Shown one piece after another: positions 1 to 12,945 of a stretch of DNA of 64,000 nucleotides (positions are counted from its first letter, which is position 1; the number at the start of each line of letters is the position of its first letter). The translations under genes were made by a program, and so were the position numbers. Source of the stretch: Oculina patagonica (taxonomy: Eukaryota). The notes under the pieces were generated by a model. It did not search any database. It was not told the DNA's origin and worked only from the letters and a program-made list of their open reading frames with translations. Where the stretch lies: the NCBI RefSeq assembly GCF_052425735.1, contig NC_135769.1:12090001-12154000 (forward strand), given 5' to 3'.

Positions 1-272
1 ACAACAAAAAGTTAAAAACTAAAAAATGGTGGTGAAAGCTGTGTTTCAATTGAGACAACCAATATTCTGCCACTAAAACTGTTGTGCACACAAATATATT
101 TGGAGTACTACATGTAGCATAATTTATTTACAACATCCTCAACATGAATGCAATGATTATTATCACTGTCTTCCAAGCACAAATTATTTTTCCTCTCTTT
201 AGCATGAGTTGATTTGCTAGTGCTTGAATGTTCAATTCTAACAACGACAGGTAATAAAATAACTATATTAAG

Positions 273-3200
273 TTATGGGTTAAGTATGAACATTCTTGCT
301 TCATCTTTCTTTCTCTTTGGTTTTGGTTCTCCAGTTTGTTCAACAAAATCAGGCATGTACTTTTTCAGCACAGTGTCAAAATATACTTCAAGATTGCGCC
401 CCATTTTTCCAACTTCGGATGTGGCCTATGAAATGAAATAGGATGCATAAAAAAAATTAAATTGTACATAGTGTATGTTGTGGTTCAATTTTGCCCTGCT
501 TGTAGAAAACTAATTATTAAAAATTAAATCATAACAAGAGCATAAAGTTCTATAAACATAAGAAAACGTTTTATACTAATGTAACAATAAATATTTAAAG
601 AAGATTGTTTAAAGCCGATCTGTTTTTCTTTACTAAATTTTCGGTGACATCTGTTCACCTTCATCAGAGTTAGTGAAAGTTTGTTGGAGCTCGCGCTACC
701 AATCCGTGCGTTAGTGCGACATTTTAATTTTGAATTAACGACACATAAGCGCGAGGAAAAGCTTTGCGTTCATTCCACTTTGGACAGCGATGCTATCAAC
801 GAACGCAAAGCTTTTCCTCGCCTTTATGTGCCGTTAATTCAAAATTAAAATGTCGCACTAACGCACGGATTGATAGCGCGAGCTCCAACAAACTTTCACT
901 AACTCTGATGAAGGTGAACAGATGTCATCGAAATTTAGTAAAGAAAAACAGATCGGCTTTAAACAATCTTCTTTAAATGTCTTCTACCGATCGCACTACT
1001 GGTTCCAGTATTTTCAGTAATAACAATAAATACTATACTTACTTCATTAAATATTGCACAATTATCAAATATGAGACGGCAATCACCAACAAACTCGCTA
1101 AAGGTTTGATAGTGTGCAAAGTTCTGTGTTTGAAGCTTGGCACGAACATTTGACAAATCCATGGGATGTGTGATGACTTTGTAGTAATTAGGAACCTAGT
1201 AGAAAGTTGATGAAAGAATGTTGTTTTAGATTTACTAATAAAAACAAACACAGCATTTTATAATAATCTTATTATACATGTAATCCATGCTGATTGGTTG
1301 TGCAGTTGCTTATTGAGACTATGTATACACAGCTATGATGCGTCATTGCATTTTAACAATCACTTTTTGTTTACATAGCCTGATACAAACACAAGGGAAA
1401 TCTAAGGAGAATTTAAACATTAGTGCTATTTATACTGCAACTGCAGCTTGGTTACACAGACTTTTGAACTCTCCCAAACTGTTTCGTGTTTGCATCAGGA
1501 CAGGCAAACATGGGTACCATTAGGACAAATTAGGGGTAAATCTGAAAAAGGTAGGGGTACACGTCAATAGGGTGTCTTCTAAGAGTGGTTTTCTAGAGCG
1601 GTTTTCAAATGAGTGTCGGAAAACTAAAGTTGTTGGTTTTCTGAAATTCCAAAACACCAATCCATTCAACCAATCAAAACTCAAACTAAAAACAAGTAGG
1701 CTGCAAATCCAGGCAAAACATGTGTGAACGAGCCACAACTGGTTTTGGTTTTACTTCTGATTTGATGAGAAAGTTGCACAAGATTTTTAAACGGATCACT
1801 AAGTGTAGAAATGCAAAACCAAAGAAAATGTGAATAACTTTTGATACCCAACTGAAAACTGCTCTAAACTAAAACCAAAACCAAAGTTATCACACCTGAA
1901 TAATCACAACAAAATAATACAAATAACACAATACACCAATCAGAAGTTCAACAACAACAATGAAAACAAACAAGTGCCAAGCACAAAACAAAAAATTGCA
2001 TATAAGCCAAGCCATCTTTGGTGTTGATGTTGCTCCCCACTTCTTCAAATAAACGGCATGCAGTGCATGCAGAGCCGATGACATTTCCCAAGGGGGTCTT
2101 AACTAATTTTCAGGAAATTTGTTAAGAAATTAACGTATAATATAAATACCAAATAAAAGTAGCTGCCAACTTCTGTGTTGATTGTTGGACAAATTGTGAA
2201 AATTAAGTCCAACAAAATATGCCCAGGCATTCAATTTTTCGCAAACTTAAATTCCCATGAAAATTAATAGCAATAAGGTAGAAACCCAAGCCAAACACAA
2301 ACATGTATATGTTGAAAAGAAATCTTAGCTGGGATCGCTACATATTATTGAGGGTTTTTTAGGGGGAATGTATCTATTAAATATATAGTGCTACTAACCG
2401 ATTTGCTAACTCTCTGTTGAAATGGAATACTGTCTGAGTGACAAAACAGCTCAAGTAGAATCTTTTCACAAACCTTAAACAAAAACATCATGTTTAAGTT
2501 TAACACTATATTCCCTTCAGAGATAAATTAATAAACATGAACTCAGAAGTATAACATGTGCCAACAATAAATTCAAATGTCAAGAAAAGACAGATTACAT
2601 AATCCTAGAAAATTATTGCATTATGAATTTATCTAAATCAGAAACCCATAAGAGTTAAAACGTGTAACTCCCTATGATTCGCATTGTACAAAGCGTTTGC
2701 ACATTCGTTTACACTAAGTACCATATTTGGAAAATCACGAGAAACATTTAACCAATCAAAATTACTATATTTGGATTAAATTCACAGCGCGCGCTAGCTC
2801 GCGCTCGATGGCATAATCTTGTTTTTGAACAAGCTTGGTTGAATAAAGTTAAATTTGGTTATATTCTCCTGTTTCATCTTCTTGAAGTAGTCTGGAGAAC
2901 TTCGCTTCGATACTCTTAATGTATTTCTTTAGTTTCTGTTAGAAACATACGGCGTTTAGGTCGAAACTCAAGCAACTTACCGCAAAACCAAAAATTATGT
3001 TGCGTGTGTCATTACGTGTATAAAGCATTCGCGTACAAATTCTTCGTGTTTCCAAATATGGTACTTAGCAAAATGAATATTCAAACGCTGTGCGTGCGCG
3101 TTACACGTTTCAACCCTTATGGCTTTCTGTCTAAATCTCATCCCCAGAAACAACTTGTCAGGGCTAGAAAAAAGTGTCGTCCAGTTATCCAGGACAAGTA

Positions 3201-6200
3201 GATTTTTCCGCTGGGTAAGTAACTTTCATGTAAATTCTTGCCTGATGAGTGGCGGCTGTATTTGCAGGCTTTTCATAATTTATCCATAAAAGATAATTTA
3301 TATCACCTGCCCGATTAAGGCAGGCACATTTCTCATTGGTGGAAATTAACAATTCCAAAGTCCACTCATCCAGCTGTGCATTTGGGCAAAGAGTGTGGAC
3401 TAATTTTCCAAAAAGCAGCTGGTAATCGAGCATATGTTGCAGGTTATATTAATCTCATGGTCTATACTCTCATCCAGTGAGCATGCAATATTCCTGTCGG
3501 TTACTGTAAAATCAATAATAGTTTTGACATCAACCGAATTCGCTATAACAGCCTGGCTACAGGTACTATGATAACAAATAAGCTATTACCTTTCTCTCGT
3601 ACTCTGTCAGACCATTACAAGAAGATCGCCTTTTATTGCCTGGAAGGATGCTTTCCTTATCTATTGGGTAAAAAGGAATTGGTAAATGAAACAACCCTTG
3701 AATATTGGTACATAAACAGTAAATAACCTGAACTTTGCTAAATAAAAATTTGCCAACTAAACATACCTTTCTGTTTTAATGCTTTCCAGTCAACTTGCTG
3801 ACATAAACCACAACTCCATGAGTCACTGCAGAAAATCAAAGTCAGTTTCATGTAAAACACAAGTACACGTTTAATTAATGTGACAAAGAGTTGCACTGAT
3901 ATATTATGAAAAGACAATTCAAAAGTTAACAAAGCATAAATTTGGTGTGTGTGTATTTGCAGAATACAGAACACAAACTGCAGTTTTTAATGCTTTGTTA
4001 TGAACTAGTTTAATGCTTACTATTAGGGTTAAGATTAGCTTTGTTAGAGTTAACTTAACCTGGTAAGGGTTAGTCTGTGCCAGGGAAACGGTTGTTCTGC
4101 ATTCTTCAAATTACCCACACCAGAACATTTGAAACTCACTGTGCTTGGATTATTTTCAAGCAATGTTCAAATTGTACATCCTTAAACACAAGAATACCTT
4201 GGAAGAGCAGGAAGGCAGGGCACATGACACTGCAGGTGGAACACTCGTGGGCAAGTGTCGCAGCAAAGCAGTTCTCCACCATTACGGCACACAGCACACC
4301 AGTCGTCATTTGAACTGGTTTCATCAATTCCACTCTCTCCACTAGTGGCATCTTCTTGTTGCTGCTGTAAATTGTACATTCCAATCAGTCATGCAATCAA
4401 TGAAAGAAAAAGAGTTCAAGATGTTTAGAACATTTAAATTTATTTACATGTAGCACCAGATTTACAGGTCCTGGACAGAAAACCAAATAATGAAAGCCAT
4501 AGATCCAAAACAACACTGATAACATCTTTTAGTTTTTATTGATCCAAAATAATAAAATGCAATCCATCACCAGGCCTGAAGTAGATTATGGCAGACTTAA
4601 GATTCAATGTTGATGTTCTTTACAGAAAGAGAAAACTTTTTCATTGTTTCTATTGAGGTAACATAAGGGGATAGTCAAGAGTATCAGAAAAGGTGCAGAG
4701 ACAACAGCTTTGGGTATTCACAGCCGTTTGGCACTTTCTCAAACTTTCACAAGTGTTTTCATCATGGGATCATGTTTCCATTTGTGCACACTCAAAGGAA
4801 AGAGGTTATATCAGACTAACATAAACAATATTTAGAATTAGGCACTGTTATCATAAGAATGTATAGTATTATAATAATATTATTAGTAGAATTACATGTA
4901 ACTCAATATTTTAAGATAACAACGATAATTAAAATGCAACATTCAAGACCCCATATGGCAGGAAATGTTCATGACACAAGTAACCATTTGTTAGTTACAA
5001 AATAAAGACATTATGGTCTATGATAAAGTCTTTTTTGGCGATGCTGATATTGCACTGAAATAGATGTATGATCTTTTACTTACTACCTTTTTGTTTTCCA
5101 TTTATAATTTTTATGGTTTCATAAACAAGATACCGCACATGTTAAAATAAGGTTTGGTTTTGGTTTCCATAAAGTAAAGAGCTGTCATTGGTTTCATCAT
5201 CAACTAAATTTAAAACACTGTATCACATTCATCATAGAAATGGTCTTCCAAAAAGTTGTGATGTTTAAAAACTAAATTACTTGTAAAATCCACTCACCGT
5301 CTGATCAATCAATCAATCAATAAAATTTATTTAATCTCGGAGCTGACTGGGCTGACTAGGCCCCTAGCAAACATATGCTAATATGCCGAGAGAAAAAAAA
5401 TAAATGGAAAATGTGTGTATATACAAAATGGGAAAGTACTCTTGTTTCTTCAACTTTGTTTTTAATTTTAAAGTTGGTCTACCATAATGAACTGATTGAA
5501 AATAAATTTAACACATATGCGGTGGCTGTGATGTAAAGCATTTGAGTTCTTGTTGTACCAGTAGTAGAAAGTGATAATTAACACTTACTTTATCATCTTG
5601 CCAAAAATAAAATATGATTATTATTGCCACTGGGTAGTCATTAATTTCTGTCCAATTATATGGAAATAGTTGGGACATTTGGTTACTGCCGGTGAGAATT
5701 TAGGGGACTTCTGATAATTAAAAACAGATACACACATGTATAAATTTAAAGAATTCAGGTGTTGTTTAGTAAATCAAACCATACCTTTTTCATGGATTCA
5801 TGGCACGGAGAGAAATCCATGGGAGATTCTGGTTTTTCTTGTTTGACCTTGACTGGTGGTGGTGAGCTTGTTGGTGGGGATACCACAGGCTCAGGCAGTC
5901 CCTGGGAACTGTTACTCCTCTTTAACACTGGTAGCAGTTTATGCACTGGGGGAGGTACTGCAGGGTCTGGCATTCCCTGGGAACTATTGCTTCTCTTTAA
6001 CACAGGGAGCAGTTTGGGTACTGTGGGGACAGAGTCGCCAACACTAGTAGGTGAGGTTGCCCCTAGAAAAATTAAAAAGTTCGAAAAAATATTAAATATT
6101 AAACTATTTTAACATAAACAGGCAGGGACATTATGTTGATCTGGGTAGTGCTACATGCATGTCATTAGTATGTTGTTGTTATTGTTGTTGATGTTTCAAT

Positions 6201-9200
6201 CAAACTTCATATGTCTCATTTATATATTGTGGTTCATTTTTACCCTCGGCACAAGAAAATAGAAAGGAATTTAAAAAGAATAGTCAAGCTTTAATTTTTG
6301 TACCCTTTTCATACCAAAAGCAAGACTTTTCAAGAAGCTCCAATAAATGATATGTCCCGGTTTTCAAGGACATACTGCATTACTAGTCTCTCTCAATAAT
6401 AATTATTATTATAACTATAGAAAATGGATTTATGTTTATTTTTTAGACTATTTACCATTTGGCAATAGGGAATCAGTAATGAAAACAACAGATTTCAAGG
6501 ACTTTCAATACCAAATTTCACTTTTCAAAGCCTCATATTCTGGGACCTACAAAGCTACACGGTACATGTTAGTAACAACACAATTGTTTTAACCTTACCA
6601 GGAATCTGTGGTTGAAGCTGACTTTTAAATTTACATTTTCAGGGCAACAATATCTCCTTAAAAAGCAACCAATTTTTCGATTGAAAGCAACAGTTTGTAA
6701 CATTTGTAACACTGTGAATGTAACATTAAACAAAATAGCAAACAATCATATAATTTGTGTTCACTTGTAAGATACCACAGAATAATCACACACCGTGTGT
6801 CCAAAACAAAAACAAAGCAAAATGTAAAAAATCATTGGTGGCCACAAATTCCATTTCCACTGATTTTCTTTCTTCCTTATAATTTTTATCTTCATTTTCA
6901 CTTTTCACACTATTTTTTCAGCTCATCAGCCATAAATAATCAGATTCTTTCAAACTGTCACTTTTTGTGAAGGCGCAACAAGTTAAACAAAAGGAACAGA
7001 TCGATCAGACTTCGTTAGAAGCTCGTCATTACCATTTTCAGCTGTACTTAGTTGACAATGAATTGTTTATTCCTCGTTAGCACTCTAAACTGCCCACTAA
7101 TGACTAGTCATTTATGATTCAAACAAAACTGGCTGAATACCCTTCATTTTCTACACTTTTAATCCTTAACACCCAACGATAAACCTTTCAGTCTGTGGAT
7201 GAAATCCAAGTGTGTGAAAATTCAATTGAAAGCTACTGAGCAGTACTTTAATGTGTGACTGTTTATTATGTTGTACAAAAGTGGTTCTACTCAGATGAGA
7301 CCCTACGATGTGTGGTGATTAAATAAAACAATGGTGCAGTAATCTCTTGGTCATCAATCGCCTATAATTAAAAATTCAACAACACTAAAATAAAATATGT
7401 CTGTAGTCAAAGAAAAAGAGAGCATTTCATATATCAGTTACAGGGCCCTTCAAGTCATGTTTCTCCCAGGTGAGATTTTGTTGTCATTTTGGGAGGAATA
7501 ACACAACGTTACCTAAGATATATAACAAACCTCCAGATCTAACAAACAAAGCTTGAAGAACCAGTAATTTCACCAGTAAAAACAATGACAAAATTTTGTC
7601 ACATACAGCGCATTAATATATAATAAGTATCTGACATAATGGACAGAATTTTCAGAAACAAGCAGGTTTTCTTTTAAACCACTTTGCACTGTAGAACTTT
7701 TATGCATGCAAACAACTTGTAAAAATTCAATGATACATTACGCAAGCCATGGTTTTAGGATTTGACATGGGAGTCAAACATAATCAAGTACAAGGTGTGA
7801 CTATAGCATTGTTACCAGCTGGAGATCTCAAGTTTTTTTTGTTTGTTTGGGTTTTTTTTGGTTGGAAGATTTAATGTTCTTTGGTTTGTCAGGCATGCAA
7901 TGGTTTTAAACTTAACTTTTCTGGAGAAGGCTTCAGTTGGTAGACCCTTCAATGGTTTTCAGCACCATCTTGACAGGGAGTAAACACCACTAAATTACAG
8001 GATATGTATGGGATTTAGACTGACTTTGAAACTCTGTACAAGTAACTCTGATCAAATTTGTTACATTTTCAATTTTGTAACTCTTTTTAGGAAAACAGCT
8101 ATGCCATTCATGAGCCTAAAGATTAGATTACTTTTGACAGCAACTTTAATTATATAACATGTTCTTTACAGCTGTTATTAATAGCTTATTCTCTATTTTT
8201 CTGGTCAAGTAAATTACTGGGCATGACTCAACCTGCAAAGAAAGTCCTGTCTGATAGCCTGGGGCTAGTGGATTTTCCTGGCGGGGTAGTCAATTTTATC
8301 CATTAATTGCTCAATGCATGGGTAAGTAACATTGGCAGATGCCTCCGGGGTAGCACATAACGGTAAGCTGGAAAATCCATTTTATTTGCACCCTGATGAC
8401 TGCTGTCAAACAGATAAATTTTCCAAGTTATAGAGGTTCAAAAGACTCCCGGCCTGTCCAATCGATGAAAATCGATCATCGGAAACCAATCGATATAATC
8501 AATATAATCGATAAACATCAATCGATTAATATCGATTGGTTCCATTAATCGATAAAAATCGATACTCACAATTCACGTCCTCTTAATTGTATCGATTTTC
8601 ATCGATTTTATCGATTATTATCGGTTATGATAAATAAATGAACCATTTATCAATTCTTGCAACATTTGTAATGCGATACGTTACGCATCCTTTTACTAAG
8701 TTAGTCAAATCGAAGTTCTGCGAGTCAAACAAAGCACGAAATGAACGTACTAATAATAGAGGCTATTGTGAAGGGCTACCACGAGTGCCCATTCTGATGG
8801 AATTTAAATCGCCTTTTCATGATTAAACAAAATAAAAAGAGCTAGCAACGTCCAAGAGTGTTGTAATTTTGATAGAGTTCCCGGTAGAGTTGGATACCAG
8901 TGAAAGCTCCTGCGAACCTGTGATACTAAGCTTGGAGTAAAGTCAGTCTATACGTGGAAAAAGCGGGAAATGGCCGGGTCTCTTTTTAATTGAAGAAGTC
9001 GGTAATTTCAGAAAACGTTGTTTAACAAATCCGCGTCTGTTCACATCAGAGATTATGGAGGGCTATTTAGAGGGTATTGTCCGCAAATCACGGGTTTCAA
9101 CTGATTAAACATTTCGAAGAGAGTTTTGAACACACTTTCAATCAAGTGTTTCGTAATTTTTACACATTTAGATGAGAATCAGCAATTGCACAACAGATCA

Positions 9201-12200
9201 CTTTTTCGGAAGAGGAAAAAATACAAAAGGTTAGACTCAATTGCCAATGGACGATTTCCGATATCCGATTTCGATTTCCGATATCAATCAATTAATTGCT
9301 ATCGATTATTATCGATTACAATCGATTTTATCGATTATCGAATTTCATTGATTGGGCACGCCGGGAAAAGACTTAAGTCAATCAAAATCATATACATTTA
9401 CATATGAGTAAGTACCACAGAGAAAGCTCTGGCAAGTTCTAATCTGGTTGTCTGTGACAAGTAGATTTTCCTGCCAAGCAAGTATCTTTTTATGTTCATT
9501 TGCCGATGGGTGGCATACCCAGGCAAGTCATCTGCCAACTAATTCTTTAAAAAAAGATGCAACTGGCTATGCAACTAGCATGCAACTGCCACAGCCAAAC
9601 AAAATTTGAGAGCTGCCCCTGGAATTATAGTTCTTTTTGAGAAAAACTTGTTTAGATTGCTTGCAAGATGGCAATCAAGGTAAATGAACATCCAACAATG
9701 TCAAGTACAGAGAAATACAACATAACAAATGGCATACAACTCACTAAATGCAATTTCTCAACAAACCTCCCAAACAATCTTGATTATTTTTGAATGCCTA
9801 ACAAACAAAGAAATGCAACAAAAATCAAAGAATTAGATGCCAAACAAAGAGGGAAAGACATCGAAATTTGATCCAACAATAATAATTTATCAGTGGCAAA
9901 GGCGTGGCATGTTTGACTGTGATAAAAATATTATTTAAACTACATTTCAAGCTGCTACCAAAAAAATGTTCAGCATTTTGGCAAAAGATCTGCAATTACC
10001 TTCCATATTTTAGTTTTTCTTGAAAGACAACTTCTTTAAACAAGAGAATTTTAAATGCAGTTTCAATTATTTTTCACATTTCTTCAATCTAGTAAGAATG
10101 AATTAATTTAACTGAGCTGACTGCATGTTGAGTAATACTATTACAATAACAATATTACTGTATTCTGTATTGCTTCAAGCAGTAAAAAACACTTTGTATT
10201 GAAAACTGAACTTGAAAGTAATGACACAAGATGTTTAAAGGATTAAACTCATTTGGTTTCATTTTTTGGTCTCATTTGGTTTCTTCTTTCAATAACACCA
10301 ACATTTTGTAGAAATACATGCATAATGCCATAAAAAATTAAATTTACTGTTTAGCTCAGTAGTCTAACTCAATATGTACAGGTTATGCACAGACACTGCA
10401 ATTAAATTTCAGGTAATAACTGCCATCACAGAGGCCAAAGAAAAATAAACTGCATTGTTACTTTTCATTTGAATTTCAAAAATTATAATCTGGTCATTGA
10501 GAGGTTGAAAAATGTTTAAAATGTAGATACATATATTAAGATATTTCAATTGTAACTTGAATTTTTCCTACATTGTATTTTTGGCCCAATAAAATACTTT
10601 TTGCATACATGTAGATCTGCATGTGAAAACCCATCACAAGTATGAGTTATGGTGAGTTGAAATTTGCAAGGTATCTGCATGAACAAAAACAAGCAAGCCC
10701 CAGAAAATTACTGACATACCAACATGTACTTTAGCCTTTTGAGAACACTGACCTTCAAGAACATGTTTCGACAAGAACATCCACTTTGATTTAAAAAGAT
10801 AACACAACATAAACCCATCTATAAACAAATTAGATTACGATCAAATTTATCAAGGTATAAATTTCAATTTCCTTGACAGGAGGAAATGAGTCCCTGCCCT
10901 TTACATCCCAGGAAACAATTCTTGATAAAGAAAAAATATTGAGTATCTATACATAAAAAGGATTGGTACACACTATTAAAAATACACATACAAGATTCCT
11001 AAAATACCTTTTAAAACTTGACTTGGTAGATCATTGGAAGCAGTTTGTTCCTCCCAGCCATTTTGCTTGGGTAAAGAACTAGGTGAATCACTTAGCGGGG
11101 ATGAGCTCTGATGACTGTGGTTGCTCCCAGTGCTTGGAGGTCTTGGTGGTGGTGACTTGCCAATTTTGCTTCCAATATCCTGAAAATGTCGCAGTGGGAG
11201 GGTGTTTCCATTTCGAACAGGGCCTGCAGGTATCGAGCATGTCATGCTAGACAAGTTGCTAACAGTTGGATTTCTCTGTCCAAATGTAAAAGTGCTATTG
11301 GAAATAGCGCTGCTTGGTTTCATTGGAAGGCTGCGCCCACCTGATGCTAATGGTAACCGAGAAACGCTGTTTGCTGGCACGACACCAACTTTAGTGTTTA
11401 AGGTTACACTAGCACCAGATGGATGAACTATTGCGGCTTGAAGGGAAGGGTATTTGTTAGTAGAATATGACTGGCTGGTTGGTGGGCCTAGACGCTTGTT
11501 TACGGCAGAAAGAGCTTCAATGGGGTTGGGCCGAACAGGAGTACTTGAGTTGACTGGACGGCTTGGCATCGCAGTACTGCTTGAATGTGATGCGTAGCTA
11601 CTAGCATTGGATAAACCGCGAAATGATGCATCTGGTCGGCTTGTGCTGGAATTATTTCGGTCGGCTGGTGTCATGACACTTCCAAGTTTTGAGATCACAG
11701 AGCACAGTTTTTCTGTCTCCACTGAAAATTTCAAATCACTGTGAGCAACTGGAAGGACATTGTACTTGAGGCTTAATAAATTTTGAATTCTTGAGCTAAG
11801 TTGTCTCTTGCTGTACAACAATCCCATGTCACTGCCATTCTTTAGTACATGTCTGGTAAAACCATAATTGTGTTGAAGAATCTTCTGCATCAGCCTGAGG
11901 TCTTTATTTTGTTTGGACAAAAGCTTGTGTTTAAAATGTACAAGAGCTTTCAATTCTGTTAACAAGACGTTCTCCCTCTGTTTTACAGCCTTAACAAGCA
12001 TCTCTGACGACTTTCTTATTTCAGATGCAATGTTTTCCTCCTTTTCTTGTAAACCTTTGGCGGCTTTTTCGACTTCACGGATCGAATCTGTCAAAGGCTG
12101 CGCTTGTTCGTACAACCGGTTCAGCTGTCCTCTTAGATAATCTTTATAACTAACTGCCGCTTCCTTAATGAATTGATATTTATGATCTTTATGTTCAAGC

Positions 12201-12805
12201 AGTTGACAATCCCGGCAAGTCAATTTCTCACAGTTTGCACAGAACAGTTTTAAGGACTCCTGTGGATGGGTGCTACAGAAAATGGGTTTCACATCGGCGG
12301 ACTCGGAGTTTTCCAAATACTCGGCCTCTGATTGAATCTTGTGGTCTTTCGTTACACGAACTCTCTGATGGGCAGAAACACAAGCATCGCAGAGCCAGTC
12401 ACTGCAGTTCAAACAAAACGACGAAGCAGGACTGTTGTCTTCACAAGAAGTACAGAACCGCTTGACATTTTCTTGTTTTCTCTGCAATTTTCCAATGTTT
12501 TCTAACACGAACTGATTATCCAGGAAGCCATGGACTCCCTTCGGAGGAACTAAAAACTCTTGACCACAATTCGGACATTTCAGCCTTGGAATCGAGTTCG
12601 TCGATGCACTAGCTGTTGTCGAAGGGACCTTTTCTTGCTGCTGTTCAGCAAAACGCTCTTCCAAGCACTTCAAACAGAAAGAGTGAAGGCAAGGCAGAAG
12701 CTTTGGGCTTGTGTCCACCGGCGGCTTTTTACACAAACCACACAACATATAGACGGATTCCTCCTCTAGATCTTCAGCACTGCCAGTAGCGCCGCCTTCG
12801 CTCAT
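273..12805 (-). CDS. TRIM33: TIF1-family E3 ligase/chromatin reader (TRIM24/TRIM33-like), 8 coding exons, ~917 aa
   Basis: Exons 12805-11008, 6062-5785, 4364-4198, 3825-3767, 3660-3590, 2473-2399, 1195-1043 and 425-273 all have GT-AG junctions and consistent phases (total 2754 nt). Domains: RING ([20 protein letters not shown]), B-box1 ([22 protein letters not shown]), B-box2 ([21 protein letters not shown]), coiled coil, PHD ([35 protein letters not shown]) and bromodomain ([29 protein letters not shown]). It is probably co-orthologous to vertebrate TRIM24/28/33, so the symbol is approximate. Confidence 0.93.
628..680 (-). ncRNA. Minimal type I hammerhead ribozyme motif (Penelope-like)
   Basis: Minus strand reads ACT-CTGATGA-A-GGTGA-acagatg-TCACC-GAA-AATT-T-AGT: conserved core, 5-bp stem II, palindromic loopless stem III, ACT/AGT stem I. 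Confidence 0.55.
892..943 (+). ncRNA. Second, slightly degenerate minimal hammerhead motif
   Basis: ACT-CTGATGA-A-GGTGA-acagatg-TCATC-GAAATTT-AGT; one G-U pair in stem II and one A fewer in stem III. Confidence 0.45.
1581..1866. mobile_element. Abundant MITE-like repeat, AGAGCG.TTTTCA family (diverged copy)
   Basis: Homologous to 50789-51073, 55524-55801 and 42308-42725 (AACCAATCAAAACTC, GGTTTTGGTTTTACTTCTGATT, TGAAAACTGCTCTA end). Confidence 0.75.
2639..3129. mobile_element. Non-autonomous TIR element with 7-bp TSD (P-like CA..TG termini)
   Basis: TIR CAGAAACCCATAAGAGTTAAAACGTGTAAC / GTTACACGTTTCAACCCTTATGGCTTTCTG, flanked by TCTAAAT on both sides. Confidence 0.85.
8448..9365. mobile_element. 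Non-autonomous DNA transposon with 8-bp TSD and ATCGAT-rich subterminal arrays (hAT-like)
   Basis: TIR CCCGGCCTGTCCAATC / GATTGGGCACGCCGGG; perfect TSD AAAAGACT at 8440-8447 and 9366-9373. Confidence 0.9.
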
Positions 12806-12852
12806 TTTGGAATCAACGGAATCGTTTCTTTAACGCGCAAAAGGCCTTCCAA

Positions 12853-12945
12853 CTACGGACCGCTCATTCGCGCTTACTCAAAATGGCGGGGAAACTGAAC
12901 ATGGCTTCCGAGCTTCCATTGACAAGAAATCATCCTGTGACGTCA
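12853..12945 (-). promoter_or_regulatory. Putative TRIM24/33 core promoter/5' leader (CRE, YY1-like motif, short uORF)
   Basis: TGACGTCA at 12938-12945, CCGCCATTTT (minus) at 12880-12889, and uORF ATG AGC GGT CCG TAG at 12867-12853, all just upstream of ATG 12805. Confidence 0.5.

Larger units (their letters stand above)
593..978. repeat. Long near-perfect inverted repeat (~180-bp arms, ~30-nt spacer), probably Penelope pseudo-LTR derived
   Basis: 593-771 is the reverse complement of ~801-978 with only a few mismatches. Each arm contains a CTGATGAAG..GAAA hammerhead-like core. Confidence 0.9.

Noticed and set aside
4021-4075. TTAGGG-like repeats as interstitial telomere or telomerase RNA template
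   Set aside because: Only one exact unit within degenerate repeat-like sequence, and no pseudoknot context.
6599-6656. Possible extra TIF1 exon (AG..CTG|GTAAGG)
   Set aside because: It is 58 nt, contains a stop in the incoming frame and shifts phase. At most it is a poison exon, and there is no support without RNA data.
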